Source: Clostridia bacterium (GTDB lineage: Bacteria > Bacillota > DAOUPZ01). Taken from it: a stretch of DNA of 64,000 nucleotides. The stretch lies in the NCBI GenBank assembly GCA_030625885.1, contig DAOUPZ010000010.1:29812-93811 (forward strand), read 5' to 3'. A program made the translations under genes and the position numbers. The notes below the pieces were generated by a model. That model did not search any database. It saw only the letters and a program-made list of their open reading frames with translations, and was not told the origin of the DNA. Positions within the stretch are counted from its first letter, which is position 1; the number at the start of each line of letters is the position of its first letter. This document shows, piece by piece, positions 61,386 to 64,000 of this stretch.

Positions 61386-61612
61386 GCAGGTAGCGAACAG
61401 CAGGTAGCAGGTAGGTTTAATTTGATGTTCTCTACTTTTTTAATAGTGTTTGTTACTAGACCATTAATAGGTTATAAAAGCTTTTTTAATAATCTATAAC
61501 TTGTATTTAAAAAGTAAAAATCCACAAAACTTTTTAGCCCTAACCAACATTTATTGCAAATCCTAAAATGATCTAATTTAGTCCTACCTGCTGGTTGCTA
61601 CCTGCTACCTGC
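61386..61612. repeat. Inverted pair of CAGGTAG/CTACCTG heptamer runs flanking a ~165-bp AT-rich spacer
   Basis: GCAGGTAGCGAACAGCAGGTAGCAGGTAGG ... CCTACCTGCTGGTTGCTACCTGCTACCTGC. Confidence 0.75.
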
Positions 61613-61706
61613 AAAAATAGTCGTAGACTATTTTTTATCATATTATTCCTACCAATGGCATATATATCAATAAGAGGAAAATAGTGATAAGTAGAGGGAG
61701 ACGAGC

Positions 61707-62948
61707 ATGAAAAAGTTAAAACGTTTGATGATAAAGATGATTTGTATACTTGGTTTATGCGGGGTGATCTGGTTTGTTTTATTGCAGAATCCTAAATTTA
61801 TTGTGCAAAATGAGTATTATCAAAAGGCTTACAACGGGTTAGCCTATCATTGGACGGTTCATCAGGATCTTGTTAAGATAGATGATGAACAAGAGCAAAA
61901 CCTAATTCAGTGTTATGAAAATTTTTTAACCCCCCATGAAATGGGTTTGCTTCAACAAAAAAAAATAATAGTTCTGCAGCCTGATGAGGTGCTATTACGG
62001 GAGGCACTGGGGGAAGAAATAGCTGAGGATATTTTTCCAATATTAGTTTATACACCGCACGAAAAGAAAGAAAATAATATTTGTGAAGAGATGAAAAAGC
62101 TATCTGATGTGGTTAGAGCAGCTCATAACTTACATATCAAGGTAATTGTGGATTGCTCATATTCTGATCGGTTAAGACGTATGCCAGAGGGATTTAATAG
62201 CGTTCTTCTTTGTAAACAATATGGTATCCGACGGATTGTTGTTTTTGATGGAGGGCATCATTTGGCTTCATTACCTTTGAATCCGGATTTTATTTTACTC
62301 CCTTTAACAGCTGTTGGTAACCATATGAGATATGTTAATCACGCCTTTATGCGGGATGCGATACCTCTTAATAATGTAAGTGAGATTGTTAATCATTTGG
62401 AATTAGATACAGTGATGATGCATACTTCGCGAATTCGTACGATTGCTAAGACCAAAGGGTCTATGGGTGAATTGGCTCGTCAAATTCTCATAAAAGGGGA
62501 TAAAGCAAGAGAAGATTTATCAGTTATGGCAGGAGAATATCAGACTGAATGGTCATCATATGCTATGGATCAAGTGCAGGCCAGAGATTGTATGGTAATT
62601 GCGCCCAAACAAACGGCAATGATTTATATTTCTCAATGGCAAGAAGATGCTGAACATATTTTAGGGCAAATAGAAAAGCAGGTTACAGAAGCATTAAGCG
62701 AAAATCCCATAAAAACATTTTATATTGCTATTGATTATGGGGATAGTACGATAAAATCATTAGGGAAAAAAATAGTCAATCCGACAATTTTGGAGGAGAA
62801 GGTTAAAAAAATAGGAGATACGCACAATCTTAAAATTAAAATTGTTAACATCCCGTATTCAGGATGGGATTTGTATTGGCAGAAAATAATTGGTTTTGTG
62901 AAACAAAAAAAGGATTTGGTTCGCCAAATCCTTTCCTTTCATTTATAA
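61707..62948 (+). CDS. Hypothetical membrane-anchored protein (413 aa)
   Basis: GAGGGAG RBS and N-terminal TM; no recognised family. Confidence 0.7.
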   Translation: MKKLKRLMIKMICILGLCGVIWFVLLQNPKFIVQNEYYQKAYNGLAYHWTVHQDLVKIDDEQEQNLIQCYENFLTPHEMGLLQQKKIIVLQPDEVLLREALGEEIAEDIFPILVYTPHEKKENNICEEMKKLSDVVRAAHNLHIKVIVDCSYSDRLRRMPEGFNSVLLCKQYGIRRIVVFDGGHHLASLPLNPDFILLPLTAVGNHMRYVNHAFMRDAIPLNNVSEIVNHLELDTVMMHTSRIRTIAKTKGSMGELARQILIKGDKAREDLSVMAGEYQTEWSSYAMDQVQARDCMVIAPKQTAMIYISQWQEDAEHILGQIEKQVTEALSENPIKTFYIAIDYGDSTIKSLGKKIVNPTILEEKVKKIGDTHNLKIKIVNIPYSGWDLYWQKIIGFVKQKKDLVRQILSFHL

Positions 62949-63134
62949 CGCACGTTGCACTTTTCCTGCTTTTAAACATTTTGTACAAACATGGACCCGT
63001 TTAGGAGTGCCGTTAACAATGGCTTTGACTTTTTGTACGTTAGGAGCCCATTGTCTGTTTGAAACGCGATGGGAGTGACTCACTTTATTTCCAAAAGTAA
63101 CGGTTTTGCCACAAATTTCACATTTTTTAGACAT
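62943..63134 (-). CDS. rpmB: 50S ribosomal protein L28
   Basis: MSKKCEICGK...GNKVSHS...W.PNVQ...VCTKCLKAGKV. Confidence 0.96.
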   Translation of the reverse strand: MSKKCEICGKTVTFGNKVSHSHRVSNRQWAPNVQKVKAIVNGTPKRVHVCTKCLKAGKVQRAL

Positions 63135-63268
63135 CTATTCCACCTCCTTCAAGACGAGAAGCTTTACAATAAATACTGTTTAGATAAAATTAACTCAATA
63201 AGTATTTTATCATATATTATAGTAAGTTGACAAGAGATAAAGAAATTTTCAATTTATATAATTGGTGT

Positions 63269-64000
63269 TTATTCAACGCCAATTATATAGTAGTACAGTG
63301 GTTGGCCGCCATTATGACACTCAACTTCACAGTCTGGATATAATGACTCAATATTTTCTGCTAATGTTGCAGCCGTTTCTTTATTAATATCTTGACCATA
63401 AATTAAAGTGATGATTTCACTTTCATCATCAACCATTTTTGACAGAACTTCCATTGTAATTTCTTCAATGTTTTTACCAACATATTGAATATGATTGTCA
63501 ATTAATCCGAGAATATCGTCTTTTTGAATTGCCTTGCCTTCATAATTGGAATCACGAACAGCATAAGTAATTTCTCCTGTTTTAACTTTTTGAAGTGCAT
63601 TGCACATGGCACTTTCATTTTCTTCACGTGATGCATTTTCGTTGAAGGCTAGAATAGCCGTAATACCTTCCATGAGTGTTGTAGAAGGAATAAGGGTAAC
63701 GGATTGATCACTTATTTCCTTTGCTTGTTGAGCCGCGAGAATAATATTTTTGTTATTAGGCAAAATGTAAATTTCATCACTGTTAATACTGTCAATACTT
63801 TGAAGAATATCTTCAGTACTGGGATTCATTGTTTGTCCGCCTGTGATGATTTCATCCACTCTCAAGTTTTGTAATAATGCTTTAATACCTTCACCTGCAG
63901 CAACACTGATAAAACCATAGGGTTTTTTAGGAATAGATTGACTTGCGGCAGCTTCATCATAGGGTAAAGATTCTTTTTGCGTTTGGAATTCTTTGCTTTG
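63269..64000 (-). CDS. fakA: DAK2-domain fatty acid kinase (YloV/FakA), C-terminal part; 5' end outside the window
   Basis: GGQTMNPSTEDI, LPNNKNII, TYAVRD and GGQPLYYYI..VE. Confidence 0.92.
   Translation of the reverse strand, partial: QSKEFQTQKESLPYDEAAASQSIPKKPYGFISVAAGEGIKALLQNLRVDEIITGGQTMNPSTEDILQSIDSINSDEIYILPNNKNIILAAQQAKEISDQSVTLIPSTTLMEGITAILAFNENASREENESAMCNALQKVKTGEITYAVRDSNYEGKAIQKDDILGLIDNHIQYVGKNIEEITMEVLSKMVDDESEIITLIYGQDINKETAATLAENIESLYPDCEVECHNGGQPLYYYIIGVE

Noticed and set aside
49..62055. Numerous short antisense or overlapping ORFs in the ORF track (e.g. 2266-2607, 15864-16241, 19951-20409, 28020-28751, 34696-35127)
   Set aside because: They shadow well-supported genes and lack RBS or recognisable motifs.
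61312..62943. spoVM or thiN expected between rpe and rpmB
   Set aside because: No matching ORF recognised on either strand.

Overview
A low-GC Firmicute (Clostridia-like) chromosomal window in three parts. (1) 1-~10.3 kb is accessory. It opens with the tail of a very AT-rich, translationally coupled operon: a partial DptG-like gene, a 1042-aa DptH-N-terminal-like protein with no ATPase, a ParA/MinD-type ATPase and an HD phosphohydrolase whose 3' end appears cut by an IS remnant. After it come two RAYT/IS200-like leader remnants, an MNT-HEPN toxin-antitoxin pair, a flavodoxin, a radical SAM protein and a TSUP transporter. (2) 10.3-38.2 kb holds metabolic and regulatory genes: a SAM-I riboswitch with an orphan permease, a YtrA-ABC operon, a secreted MTA/SAH nucleosidase, PerR, reverse rubrerythrin, a DUF2294/MpsC + Zn-ADH operon carrying a duplicated structured leader RNA, LytS/LytTR-acs-actP, nfo, LuxR/NCS1, glnA and rqcH. 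(3) 38.7-64 kb is the conserved dapF-yicC-remA-gmk-rpoZ-coaBC-metK-priA-def-fmt-rsmB-rlmN-stp-pknB-rsgA-rpe block, then an FMN riboswitch with ribDEBAH, rpmB and a partial fakA. Its spacers carry many short tandem repeats and MITE-like fold-backs. No rRNA, tRNA or CRISPR array was seen. Best candidates for undescribed systems: the duplicated hairpin+terminator RNA around the DUF2294 gene, the Dpt-like/ParA/HD operon, and the family of 7/8-mer repeats followed by AAAAGATAAA. All family assignments come from motif recognition by eye; no database search was run.
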